From the NCBI RefSeq assembly GCF_963921235.1, contig NC_086097.1, positions 147,810,001 to 147,874,000 of the forward strand: a stretch of 64,000 bases of DNA. The letters are read 5' to 3'. Under the pieces are notes generated by a model. That model was not told where the DNA came from and did no database searches. It saw nothing but the letters and a program-made list of their open reading frames with translations. Within the stretch, counting starts at the first letter, position 1. Each line of letters begins with the position of its first letter. Of the stretch, positions 49,835-62,520 are shown piece after piece. The DNA is from Mobula hypostoma. Its lineage: Eukaryota. The translations under genes were made by a program, and so were the position numbers.

Positions 49835-50540
49835 ATTTGCAGAGATCTGAGATGCAATATGATCCGAGTAACTGGCACATGATTCACAAAATGCTAGTTT
49901 GCAGATGTTTTCAAGTAATTAGGAAATCTAAAAGAAAGTTATTGCTTAGAGAAGTGAATACAAAAGTAAGGAAGATGTTATGTTTTAGTTATATTGGCCA
50001 TGGTAAGACTTATGGACTACCATGTTTGATATTGGTCTCATTTAAAGAATGTATATGCATTGGAAATACTTCAAGGAAAGTTTACCAGATTAACAACTGG
50101 AATGGATAGGTTGTCTTATGAAGAAAGATCAGACAGACAAGGGTTGTATTTATTGACATTTAGGAGAATAAGAGAGGGTCTAGATTGAAACACAAGGCCA
50201 TATAGGTTGTGAACAGGGTGAATGTAAAAGGTAATTTGTTCCTATGGATGAATCTAGCACTTTAAATTACAATTTAAAAAATAAGAGAGGGATCACTTAA
50301 GAGGCATGATTTTTGTTTCTCTCTTTGAATGTTGAGAAATCTATGGAACTTCTGGAAAATCTGAATATTTTTAAGGGAGAATTAGATGGATTCTTGATAA
50401 ACAAGTCATGAAAAGTGATTGGTTGTCAACAAAGGAATGGAGAGGTGAAGTTGCATGCAGATCAGCTGTGATCTCATTACATATTGGCACAAGTTTTTGA
50501 CGAGTTAAGTGGCCTTGTGTTGATCTAATTTGTATGGTCC
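49835..50540 (+). mobile_element. Very old CR1 3' fragment
   Basis: gcagagatctgagatgcaa, ttgtcttatgaagaaag and aattagatggattcttgata..gcagatcagctgtgatctcatt resemble the CR1 C-terminus and 3' UTR. Confidence 0.6.
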
Positions 50541-52346
50541 GATGTAAAAGAAACACTGTTATAGCACATAACCTAAGTTTGGCATAGAATAATTATAATT
50601 GCATGTAGTTAATACCCTAGCCACGCACACCTTAGTTGTCCTTTAAACAACGGAAGATTTCCTAGAGAAGTTGCTGAACTTGCTACTTCAAATAAGTGAA
50701 ATTGACAACACATAGTTAAAGCAGCAGGATATCTGAGATCCCTCCTGGGTTAATAACTACATGTAGTGATATTAATTCATCTCCATCACACTGTTGAGGC
50801 TTGATATTTTTCCAGCCTGGTACTTTTGATGAATATGTTCTGTGCCAAGAAAAATAGCAATTCACACAAGTTAAAAAGGCATTCAAATCAATCTTAGTTA
50901 GTGACTTCATGCTCACAAAGGGGTTAGTTGAAAATATCAGACTTCATTGTTTTTGGAAATGGTTAAAATTTATATCTCAACTTTTCAAAAGCAACTTCTG
51001 ACCAAAAACTGTGGTGGATCAGCGTCCCAGTGTTTTCTGCAAACAGCTTATTGACCCATTTGTTGAACCAACACAGTGACAGGCAAGTAAATAGCGATGG
51101 CCACCATTAGACACTTAAGAAATGTCACAGTGGATTTCAGGCATGTAAATTGCTGACGTATGTTCTGCATAGTATTTCTAGATTGTAACCTGGCAACATC
51201 CTGACTGGCTCAGCACCAAAGACAATGCACAAAACGTGAGCACTGATGACACTGGAAAGCCGGTATACTCTCCAATGGCTAGCCGTACTTCAGTCATAAA
51301 GTTTTGTTGTGATAGTCAAAGTTCTGCATTATTGAAGTAATTCCGTTTTAAGTGTTTAGTAGCCCCTCTTGCCGCCCACATTGACACAGGCTTACCACTG
51401 CAAGATAATATATCGCGGTTGTCAGTCTACAAAGCACTACCATTTTGTGCAGATAGGTAAAATGTCAGAGGCCGATCGATTGATCTCCAACAATAATTAT
51501 CAAAAGCCAGATCCTTTGCATTGCTTCAGTAAGTTTGAATGTAGTAGGATCTCAATCTTTCCCTTAATAGATCTTTGACAGATGCTCCAAGTGGGTTTAT
51601 CTGATCCAAGTGTATGGCTATTAAGTGGCATAAAGCAGGAAGGAGAGTTTGAAGAGCAGAGTTACATGGATTCTGTGCTGTACTGCACATAGATTTTTGA
51701 CAGCACCTATTTATCATCTCTGTGTACTGGAAATGTATTTCTGTATTAAGGACCAGCCGATGGGTGAGATATCAACTTTCTGTGAATTTAACCCTGTCAT
51801 CTCTTGACTGAAAAAGTGCACAATGGGGAATGTCTTTTTGGAATACATAATAAATCAGAAGGCCAAATCTGTAAGTTTTTGCTTCCACTGATGTCCATGT
51901 AGCCTCCAGTAGCAGGATTACCACCTCATTTGTTTCAATAGGGATTTGGGAAGGAAATAGACCATAAACAGTCCAGCATAGTACAGGTTATTTGGCCCAA
52001 GATGTGCTGACCTTTCAAATTACTCCAAGATCAATCTAACCCTTCCATCCCACATAGCCCAGAATTTTTCAAAATAGTAAAATAAGCTTTTAGTTTTTAA
52101 TTATATTGTTTGTTGTTTATTTATTGATGTTTAATTATGTTTTACATGTTTAACTATCTTTTTGAATAATTGTATGTTTTAATTGATCTTCAGTGTAAAA
52201 TATCCCTCAATGGTGGAATTATTAAAACATTAAAATCAATTGGTGTACAATAACTGACAACTGTACCCACTAGCCTTGTTGATACAGGGTCATTTTAGGA
52301 ATGGGGCCTCCAGATAATGCTATCCAAGGCCAGTCACCATCTAGAG

Positions 52347-52417
52347 CAGGGATTCCGAATCTGGGGTCCACAGATCCCTGGGTTAATTCTCCGTGATAGA
52401 AAAAGGACCCAACCCCG
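52347..52417. mobile_element. Possible tiny hAT-Charlie MITE
   Basis: cagggattcc..cccaaccccg flanked by atctagag / gcctagag, a Charlie-like TCTAGA target. Confidence 0.4.
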
Positions 52418-52453
52418 GCCTAGAGCATGATACTGAACTCTGAGCGAATTGAT

Positions 52454-52650
52454 AAACACAAGACATTCTGCTGATGCTGGAAATTCAGAGTAACGCACAC
52501 AAATGCTGGAGGAAAGAAATAATTTGTTAATGTTTCCGGCCAAGATCTTTCATCAGGACTGGAAAAAAAGTGGGAAGCAGTCAGAATACGAAGGTGGGGG
52601 GGAAAGGAGGCCTGAATAAGAAGCTGAGGAGAGGGAAAGAGAGGGTTTGA
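52454..52650 (-). mobile_element. Penelope-like terminal fragment with degenerate hammerhead
   Basis: aaacacaagacattctgctgatgctggaaat..caaatgctggagga..gtttccggccaagatctttcatcaggactg. Confidence 0.75.
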
Positions 52651-52860
52651 GCAGATTGATCCTTTGCACCTGACCTAGCTACATGAACACAGCAGGGTTG
52701 TGGGTGCGAAGTCTGGATGGGAGTTTCAGCTCTGCACCATATAGTCCTTAATCTTGTATGTGGGACTTAATATAGATGAGTTTATATTGTTGCTTTAGGA
52801 AACTCAAAATCTTGACTCTATAAATATGGATGAATACAAAGACCTTGGCATTATTTAGAG

Positions 52861-53594
52861 CAGCGGTCCCCAACCACCGGGCTGCAAAGCATGTGCTACC
52901 GGGCCGCGAGGAAACGATATGAGTCAGCTGCACCTTTCCTCATTCCCTGTCATGCACTGTTGAACTTGAACATAGGGTTGCCAACTGTCCAGTATTTGCC
53001 GGGACATCCTGTATATTGGGCTAAATTGGCTTGTCCCGTTACTTCCCCCGCTAAGGTAGAGAGTTCCTATGAAACCTTTCGTGCCGAAATGACTTGAAGC
53101 AAAGAAGCAATTACCATTAATTTATATGGGAAACATTTTTGAGTATTCCCAGACCCAAAAAAAACCTACCAAATCATACCAAATAACACTAACATATAGT
53201 AAAAGCAGGAATAATATGATAAATACACAGCCTATATAAAGTAGAAATAACGTATGTACAGTATAGTCGGGAAGATGAAGGCAAAACTGATTTGTGGGGG
53301 AAAAAATCCGCACATACGCGCATGCACACATCACATGTGCACGTCACGCATGCGCACACAGGTTCCTGTGCAAGGCTTCATTGTCATGATAGTCTTTCCT
53401 GGGGTAAAGTATCCCGGGATTTGACTGCTACTTTTGTCCCTTATTTGGGAGTGAGAAAGTTGGCAACCCTAACTGTTAAAGACATGTTCAGGTGAGTTTA
53501 ACGCTACTTGAACACCACCGGGTGGGTCGGCCGGTCCACAAGAATATTGTCAATATTAAACCGGTCCGCGGTGCCAAAAAGGTTGGGTCCCCTG
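52861..53594 (+). mobile_element. Chimeric non-autonomous hAT-Charlie element, copy 3
   Basis: Same TIR type as copies 1 and 2, with a perfect 8-bp TSD atttagag (52853-52860, 53595-53602). The interior carries TAGGGTTGCCA-type ends and Tigger-derived sequence. Confidence 0.9.
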
Positions 53595-53780
53595 ATTTAG
53601 AGGTATGCACAGAATAGGACTGTCGAGCAACACCAACAAGTAATACCTGATTTACCCCTAAGCCTAATCACAGGACAATTTACAATGACCAATTACTCTA
53701 CCAACTAGCACGTCTTTGGACTGTGAGAGGAAACCAGGGAATTGAACTCCAATGCCTCATGCTGTAATAGCGACACCGCA
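53595..53780 (-). mobile_element. V-domain SINE (same family as 20864), internally deleted, with its tail hit by hAT copy 3
   Basis: agcctaatcacaggacaatttacaatgaccaatt..gtctttggactgtgagaggaaaccag..ggaattgaactc matches 20941-20978 and 22190-22320. Confidence 0.75.
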
Positions 53781-54447
53781 TAATTCCTTGCAAATGAATA
53801 CAGATAGATAAGGCAATTAAATAGTCATTGATGTTTAGAGTTTAATAAGGGAACATTCTATCTTGGGTCTGGTCCTGTATAATGAGACAGGTTTTCTTGC
53901 AGTTAGGGATCCTCTTGAAAAGAGTGATCACAGTATGACTGCATTTCTCATACAAATGGAGGGTGAAATACTTCGATCTAAAACCAGTGTATTATGCTTA
54001 AACAAGAGAGACTACAATGGGATGAGGGAGGAGTTGGATAGGGTAGACTGGGAACATAGGCTATGTGGTGGAACAGTTGAGGAACAGTGGAAGAGTTTCA
54101 AAGAGATTTTATACAGTGCTCGACAAAAGTATATTCCAGTTAAAAGCAAGGACAGTATGGGTGGGAAAAGCCGGCCATGGATAACTAAGGAAATAAAGGA
54201 AGACATCAAACTAAAAGCTTGTGCATACAACGTCGCCAAGAATAATGGAAACTGGAAGATTGGGAAAACTTTAAAAAGCAATAAAGAACCACTGAGCGAG
54301 CAGTAAAGGAAGGGAAGATAGATTATGAAAATAAACTAGCACAAAATATAAAAACAGAGGAAGTTTTTATTATATAAAGCAGAAAAGGATGGCCAAAGTG
54401 AACGTAGGTCCCTTGGAGGACGAGAAGGGGGAGATTGATATAGGTAA

Positions 54448-55558
54448 CTAGACAACGGGGTGACCCGTTGGGGCACCCTTTGAGAGAAGGGTAGTGCAGT
54501 CTGATGTGACCAGAATGAGCGTTAACTTTTCCTGAGTGCTATTGGTATCACTTTGCTTTGGAAACTGAAGTAGAAAACCTCAGTTTATTAAAGAAGAACA
54601 ATGCGTAGCAAAGACGTGTAGCAAAGCAAATATAGCTGCTCCTCGTTTAACGAAGAACACTTTTAATGGCATCATTTCTGGTTTATCTGCCACCCTCATG
54701 CCTCTTGTTATCATTCTGGAGACGTGCAGTCCTTTCATCTCTTCTGCTGTTTGTTGTTTGTCTCTAATCCTGGAGACATGCGTAGTCCTCTCCTCCTCTG
54801 TCTCTTTTTCTCTCATTTTTTTTTGTCCTGACTCTTTGATCCTGGAGTCGTGCGGCCCTGGCCTCATCCGATTCTTGTTCTCTCCCTCTCCTTGCCGCTT
54901 CCCAATAACATTTGGTGTCATCTCTTGACCATAATGTCCCCCTTCCCTTTCCACGCAGCATAATTAGGCTAACCCTTATTTTTTTTTTACCCTAATGCTG
55001 GATAGAAGATGCGAAGCAGTAACACCAAAGGATGCTGATTATTCTTGATGATGTGGTTGGAGCTCTTCTAAATGGACGTGATATAGTCACCGCTGTCCTT
55101 TGACTGCAGCAAAGGGTTTTATGGGTGTCTCGAAGTACGTCATTACAATAAGATCTAATTATCTCTTATTGATGGGTGGCAGTTAAATCTGTCCCAATCC
55201 TGCACATGCTGATGGTGATTAGCAGAATGTGACCCCTCGAAATAGAGTTGCCCGACCCTTCTGCTCCAGTAGGTGTCGCTGCTGAGGTTGGCCGTGCACA
55301 TGCGTCAGGCTGTCGCGTCCTGATTTCCATGATGGCTGATCGGCTCTCGGGTTAAAAGGCAGCCTGTTGATTTTTACGAATGAGCAATTTTATACGAATA
55401 TATAACCCTGAACTTTGCCTGCATTCTGTAAGTCAGCGCATTTGAATTCGATTTAGCCAAAAAAAGTGCCGCTGTGATGCACCGTTCGCTCTAATTGGAG
55501 ATCACAAACAGACAAACAGACAGATAGAGCGTGAGAGTTTTAGTAGTATATAGATAGA
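54448..55558 (-). mobile_element. Non-autonomous Helitron
   Basis: Minus strand starts TCTATCTATATACTACTAAAA and ends CAACGGG-TCAC-CCCGTTG-T-CTAG. Inserted between A and T with no TSD; removing it restores CR1 ggtaa|tgaggaaatggc (GNEEMA). Confidence 0.88.
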
Positions 55559-57125
55559 TGAGGAAATGGCAAAGGCTTTGAATGACTATTTTGTGTTGGT
55601 TTTAATGGTGCCAAGTATGTATAACATGCTGAAGAGAGATGATATGGATGCACTGGGAGGTGAGCACCTCGGTACAATAGCTATCACTAAAGGGGTAGTG
55701 CTGAGTGAACTTGTGAGCCTAAAGGTAGACAAGTCCCCTGGTCCTGATGGAATGTATCCCAAGGTACTGAAAGAAATGGCAGAAGTTATAGTTGAGGCTT
55801 TGGTGATAACTTGTCAAAATTCTCTGGGCTCTGACAGGTCCCAGTGGATTGGAAGGAGGTGAATGTCATGCCACTGTTCAACAAAGGATGGAGGGAAAAG
55901 GCAGGTAACTATAGGCCAGTCAGTTTAACAACACTAGTTGGGGAAAAAGTATGAAGTTGTCATTAAAGAAGAAATAGCAAGACATCTGGAAAGAAGTGGA
56001 TCAATCAGGCAGACGCAGCATGGATTTAACAATGGCAGTTCCTGTTTCACGAACTTACTGGAGCTCTTTGAGGATATAACAAGCGCAGTGGATAGAGGGG
56101 AACGGATGGATGATACTTGGATTTCCAGAAGGCGTTCGATAAGGTGCCACAAAAAAGACTTCTTCATAAGATAAAGATGCATAGAGTTGGGGGTGATGTA
56201 CTAGCATGGATAGAGAATTGGTTAACCAATAAAACGTAGAGTGTTTGGATACATGGGTGTTACTCTGCTCGGCAATCACTGGCCTGCAACTGTTCACAAT
56301 ATACATTAATGACCTGGAAGAGGGGATCAACTGTAGTGTGCTGATGATATGAATTTGAGTGGAAAAGCAAATTTTGCAGAGAGATATAGATGTGTTAAGT
56401 GAGTGGGCAAGGGTCTGGCAGATGGAGTACAGTGTTGGTAAATGCACTTTGGAAGGAAAAATGGAAGATCAGCTTATTTAAATGGCAAGAGATTGCAGCA
56501 TGCTGCTGTGCAGAAGGACCTGGGAGTACTTGTGCATGAATTGCAAAAGGTTGGTTTGCAGTTCTGGCAGGCTATCAAGAAGGCAAATGGAATGTTGACC
56601 TTCATTGCCAGAGGGATTGAATTTAAGAGCAGGGAGGTTATGCTGCAACTGTATAGCGTACTGGTGAGGCCGCATCTGGAGCACTGTGCGCAGTTTTGGT
56701 CTCCTTACTTGAACAAGGATATACTGGCTTTGGAGGCAGTGCAGAAGAGGTTCACCAAGTTGATTCCAGAGATGAAGGGGTTAGACCATGAGGAGAGATT
56801 GAGTCGCCTGGGACTGTACTCATTGGAATTCAGAAGAATGAGAGGGGATCTTAAAGAAACACATAAAATTATGAAAGGGATAGATGACATAGAGACAGGA
56901 AAGTTGTTTCCACTGGTAGGTGAGACAAGAAAATTCAGGACAGAGATGAAGAGAACTGCTTTCCCCAAAGAGTGGTGAATCTGTGGAATTCTCTGCCCAA
57001 TGAAACAGTGGAGGCTACCTCAGTAAATATATTTAAGACAAGATTGGTTAGATTTTTGCATAGGAGGGGAATTAAGGGTTATGTGGAAAAGGCAGGTAGG
57101 TGGAGATGAGTCCATGGTCAGATCA

Positions 57126-57429
57126 TTTTTTTTTTTGGCATCCGTTAGTCTTGCGAGACCATGGATCTGCGCCTGGAAAGTCTTCACTCTCCAGGGTGCA
57201 GGCCTGGGCAAGATCGTATGGAAGACCAGCAGTTGCCCATGCTGCAAGTCTCCCCTCTCCACGACACCAATGTTGTCCAAGGGAAGGGCATTAGGACCCA
57301 TACAGCTTGGCACCAGTGTCGTCGCAGAGCAATGTGTGATTATATGCCTTGCTCAAGGACACAACGCGTTGCCTTGGCTGGAGCTCGAACTCATGACCTT
57401 CAGGTCGCTAGTCCAATGCCTTAACCACT
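57126..57429 (-). mobile_element. tRNA-head SINE with CORE-like middle, RTE-like 3' end and poly(A)
   Basis: Minus strand agtggttaagg (A-box part), gagttcgagc (B box), tgtgtccttgagcaaggca, ends ccatggtctcgcaagactaacggatgcc(A)11. 11-bp TSD tggtcagatca at 57115-57125 and 57430-57440. Confidence 0.85.
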
Positions 57430-57594
57430 TGGTCAGATCAGCCATGATCTTGTTGAATGATTGTGCAGGCTCAATGGGCCAGATGGCTTATTCCTGCTCC
57501 TGTTTATAAATTGGTAGAGAATACAGAAGTAAACAAGTAATTATTTTTCTTACAAGCCATTGATTGGTCAGCCATTGTAAAGTACACTATGACC

Positions 57595-59255
57595 GTCAAT
57601 ACACTTCACCAACTCCCACAGTCCCCGATGGCCCTGTGATTTAATGTTATGAGATCAACATTGAGAGTATTCTTCAGGCATGTGAACACACAGAAAGCAT
57701 CTGGCCCAGATGGGGTACCTGCCCGTGTACTAAAGATGTGCTGATCAACTTGCTGGAGTGTTCACCAATATCTTTAACCTCTTGTTTCAAGCTAGCATTA
57801 ATCATACCAGTGCCTAAGAAGAACCTGGTAACCTGCCTCAGTGACTATCATCCAGTAGCATTTACATCAACTGTGATGAAACACATTAACTCTTGCCTGA
57901 GAAGTGATTTAAATCTGCTCCAATTTGCATATTGGCACAGCAGATACCATCTCATTGACTGTACTCTCAACCCTGCAACATATGAACAGCAAAGGTGCAT
58001 ACATCATGCATATACTTATCGACTACAGCTCGGCATTTCGTACGATCATCCCCTCAAAACTAATCAATAAGCTTCAAGACCTTGGTCTCAAAATCACCTT
58101 GTGTAATTGCATCCTCGCATTTCTCACTTGTAGACCCCAGTCAGTTCAGATTGGCAACAACATCTCCTCCATAGTCTCCATCATCACAGGTGAACCACGA
58201 GGCTGTGTGCTTAGTCCCCTGCTCTATTTCACTTTACACTTATGACTGTATGGCTAAACGCAGCTCCAGTGCCATATTCGAGTTTACTGACGGAACCACT
58301 GTCGTTGGCAGAATCAAAGGTGACAAATCAGCATATTGGAGGGAGATTGAAAGTCTGGCTGAGTGGTGCCACAATGCCAATGTCTCTGTCAATACCAGCA
58401 AGACCAAGGAGCTGATAATTGACTTCAGGAGGAGGAAACTGGAAGTATCTGAGCCAGTCCTCAGGGGGATCAAACATGGAGAAGGTCACCAACTTTAAAT
58501 TCCTCATTGTTATTTCAGAGGACATGACCTTGGCCCAGCATGCAAGTGCAGTTACAAAAAAAGCACAGCAGCACCTTTACTTTGATGTTTGTGATTATTC
58601 AGCGTGACATCTAATACTTTGACAAATCTCTATAGTTGTGTGGTGGAGAGTATATTGACTTGGTGCATCACAGCCTGGTATACAAATGTCAATGCCCTTG
58701 ACCAGGAAATACTGCAAAAATTAGTGGATATAGCCTAGTCCATCACGGGTAAAGCCCTCCCCTCCATTGAACATATCTATACAGAGCGCTGTCACAGAAA
58801 AGCAGCATCCATCATCAGGCGCCCCCCACCACCCAGGTCATGCTCTCTTCTAGCTGCTGCCATCAGGAAGAAGATGCAGGAAACTCAGAACTCTCACAAT
58901 CATGATCGACCCTCTTAATTATCAGGCTTTGAACCAGTGGAGATAACTTAATTCAACTTCAATTGCCCTATCACTAAACCGATTTAGTCACTTTCAAGGT
59001 TTCTTCGTCTCGTGTTCTTTATATTTATTGCTTATTTATTTATTATCATTATTTTTTTATTATTATTATTGTCTCTTTCGTATTTGCACAGCTCGTTGTC
59101 TTCTGCACGTTGGTTGTTTGTCCATCCTGTTGGGTGCAGTCTTTCGTTAATTTGATAATGGTTCTTGGATTTACTGAGTATGCCCACAACAAAACAAATC
59201 TCAGGGTTGTATATAGTGACAAATATGAACTTTGATAATAAATTTACTTTAAACT
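57595..59255 (+). mobile_element. Degenerate Rex1/Babar LINE (RT to 3' UTR)
   Basis: KASGPDGVP, IIPVPKK..CLSDYHPVA, IDYSSAFRTIIP, GEPRGCVLSPLL, FTDGTTVVG, KTKELIIDFRR. Tail gataataaatttacttt. Confidence 0.9.
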
Positions 59256-60611
59256 CCGGCACTTTATTATAGAAAGGTCTTGGAGTGTGCAGCACTGCTC
59301 TTATGATTTACATCTGTCTTCTTCAGTAAGGAGAAGGTTTGTTAGGCCTAGTGGCCATTTCCCAGTCCAAAAAATTCTTGTATTTCAGATCCACTGGAAA
59401 TGCAACATAATTGAGTCTTTTTCAAACCACATGGGGAAAAAAAAAGAGAATTGATCTGCTCGCAGTAACTCTGGAATGTGACAGTTCCATTTCTACTACA
59501 GCTTTCCTGAGTGAGTTTGCCAAATTGTGAATAGTTCCATGCTGAAGACCCTTGCCCCTGAGGAAATGGGTTGAGACAGAACGAAACAATTTTGTAGTGC
59601 ACCCTTTTGGATGGAGAAAACTTTCTTCAGGCCCACGCTTTTTATCTCTTCCTCCTTCAGTGGCTCTACCTCTCATTATGTTGTACAATAGTTCTTAGGT
59701 GAAGCAGTTACTTCTGCCTTTCCTCTTCAACTTGCTTAACTTACTCAGCTAGTGAAAATTTGGTTGATCATGCCATCCACGTTCCCACATTGCAGAGCCT
59801 GGACCATGGGCTGCTTAATCCTCACACCAGGATCGTGATTTCTGTATGCATTTATAAAAGTCACAAGGGTTGCGTCTGTCTCATGATGACAGCAGTGCAG
59901 CTTTATAAGCAAAAGCCTGTGCATTGGATACAGCTCTCAGGCTGCAGCTTCAGCAGTTTTTACCTTGCCCACATATGAACCACTATATTATTTTTCTCGT
60001 GGTGATGAATTGTATTCATAACATGTTGAAATAACACCAGCACGGTATTGCTGTTCCTCGCTCGCTACAATAATGTTCTTAATTAGGAGAATCTAATGAG
60101 ATGGATTAGTCATTAGCCCCGACCTCAGTGGCCTGTGGTGTGTTCTCAACTGATAACGGGAGCTCTGGATATTACGTGTAATAAAAATGTGAGCACTTGA
60201 TTAGAGTGATATGTGCCATTGTGGAATTGGAGCTTTTTTTTATATAACAAGTACTCAAATAGAGATGACTGCAACTGAGATGGTGCTGCACTTTGCCTTT
60301 GAGAAGATCCCCTCCACTGTAACCCTTATTGAAGGTAAACTTGAGAGTCTTCCCAGATTTACAGTATCATCAGAGGAGAGTTCTTTGCTAGGTTATGTAG
60401 TGTGCCATGTTTCTAGAGCTCCGGTTCTGGGAAATTTCCTGAATCAGATTGGGAGTGATTGCACTGGTTCAGAGAAGAATGCTGCATTGTTGGTTCTTTG
60501 TATAAATGTATTCTATAAAATCTTCAGTTCATCAGAACCCTTATTGGTTTCTGTCAGTTCAGATTGGCAAAAACATCTTCTCTTCAATCTCCTTCAGTAG
60601 AGATGCACGAC

Positions 60612-61660
60612 AAGCCTGTTCTACTCACTTTGTAGTTATCACTGTGAGGCTAAGCACAGCCCTAATGCCATATTTAAGTTTGCTGATGACACCACTGTCA
60701 TTGGCTGAATCAGAGGTGGTGATTAATCAGCATAGAGGAGGGTATTTGAAAGTTTGGCCGAGTATTGCCACAAGAATAACCTCTAACTCAATTCCAGCAA
60801 GACCAAGAAGTTGATTATTGACTTCAGGAGGAGGAAGCCACTGGCCCATGAGCTAGTCCTCATCATAGAATCAAGAGATGGAGAGGATTAGCCACTTTAA
60901 ATTTCTCAGTATTATCATTTCAGAGGATTCCAGGGCCAACATGTTAGTGCCATTACAAAGAAAATATGACAGCGCCTCTACTTTCTTAGAAGTTTGTGAA
61001 GATTTGGCATACAGTATCATCTAAAATTTCAACTAACTTTTATAGATGTACAGTGGAGAGTATACTGACTGGTTGTATCACAACCTGTTTTGGAAACACC
61101 AATGCCCTTGAACATGAAATCCTACAAAACAGTGGATATGGTGCAGTCCATCACAGGGATAGTCCTCGCCATCATTGGACACATCTACACAGAGCACTGT
61201 CATAGGGAAGTAGCATCCTTCATCAAGGACCCCCACCATCCAGGCCCTCTTCTCACTGTTGCCATCAGGAAGAAGGTACTGGAGCCTCAGGACACACTTT
61301 ACCAGGTTCAGGAACGGTTATTACCCCTCAACTATCAGACTCTTGAACCAGAAAGGATTAACTTCACTTGTCCCATCACTAAATTGTTCCCGCAACCTAT
61401 GCATTCACTCTCAAGATCTCTTCACCTCATGTTCTTGATATTTATTGCTTATTTAGTCATTATTATTATTATCACTTTGTTTTTGTATTTGCACAGTCTG
61501 TTGTCTTTTGCACATTGGTTCTTTTTCCTGTTGGGTGCAGTCTTTCATGGATTCTATTGTGTTTACTTTTACTTACTGTGAATGTCTACAAGAAAACATA
61601 TCTCAGGGTTGTATATAGTGACATATATGTATTTGGATAATAAACTTACTTAGAACTTTG
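60612..61660 (+). mobile_element. Degenerate Rex1/Babar LINE 3' half
   Basis: FKFADDTT, KTKKLIIDFRRR, FYRCTVESILTGCIT, IKDPHHPG. Same 3' UTR as 59000-59255. Confidence 0.9.
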
Positions 61661-62374
61661 TATTGATTCCATAGCTGTTCTACATGGGGTCTGGTGCCAT
61701 TGTAAATCTGGAAGAGCATCATTAATGGGTTGCTTTGTTTCTAGGCTTATCTATACCCTCTCGGTTTTACAGACTGTTGGTCCATATTCTGCCCTCCATT
61801 TTACTCCTTCATCAACTTTATTCGCCACACACATTTACATGTACAAACGTATTAGGCATTTGCTGTAGTGTGTTGGTGCTACTTGCAACAGAGAACAACA
61901 AATTACAAAGAATAAAGAATTGTGTAAAAATAAAGTTGTATATAAATATCATATTGTAGTTTCTCAAATATGAGCCCAACATTCCTAGAATTTCTGTGTA
62001 AATCCTATCTGATTTTCACTTTTGTGAAGTGATAGAACAACTCTTTCCAATCTTTTTCATAGCATCTTCTCTGGAGTCATTCAATCAATTTTTAATGTCA
62101 AAATGTTTGTAGTCTAGGATATAGTTAACCACATAATCACTCTCTGCTTTATTATTACGTAGGGTAGGACACACTTGCCTAACACCACACTGTGTCATCA
62201 GTGAATCACTAATGTGACTTTTTTCTACACTTACACATTTTATCTTGTGTTCCCCAAACTTACTACTACTTATCCAGAGAGTGTTTCTGCCTAAATGCTG
62301 AGGATTTGATTCTTTCAACAGAAGCTGATGAATATCTGGAATATCCTACTGCAGGTCATGGAAGTACTTATATT

Positions 62375-62520
62375 TTGTTAAAGATCAGGGAATGGAGGGT
62401 TATATAAAACTGTCACAAAAGAGGCAATGAAACCTGAGGCAGACCCACCATGCTTGCTTGAATGGTGGCGAGGGCTAAGGGACTGACTGGCCTGCTCATG
62501 CACCTGCTTTCTTATGTGCT
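62375..62520 (+). mobile_element. CR1 3' UTR fragment
   Basis: cagggaatggagggttat..gaatggtgg..tggcctgctcatgcacctgctttcttatgt. Confidence 0.55.

Larger units (their letters stand above)
53820..57505 (+). mobile_element. Long degenerate CR1 (endonuclease end to 3' UTR), interrupted by a Helitron and a SINE
   Basis: 53863-54306 (PLEKSDHSM..PWIT), 55566-55862 (DKSPGPDGMYP), 55938-56174 (QHGF), 56442-56978 (LVRPHLEHCAQFWSP). 3' UTR resumes at 57441. Confidence 0.92.

Noticed and set aside
57081..57509. 142-aa ORF
   Set aside because: Spans the CR1 3' UTR and an antisense SINE; no coding signature.
60211..60600. 129-aa ORF in unique sequence
   Set aside because: No recognisable domain or supported splice structure; length is compatible with chance.
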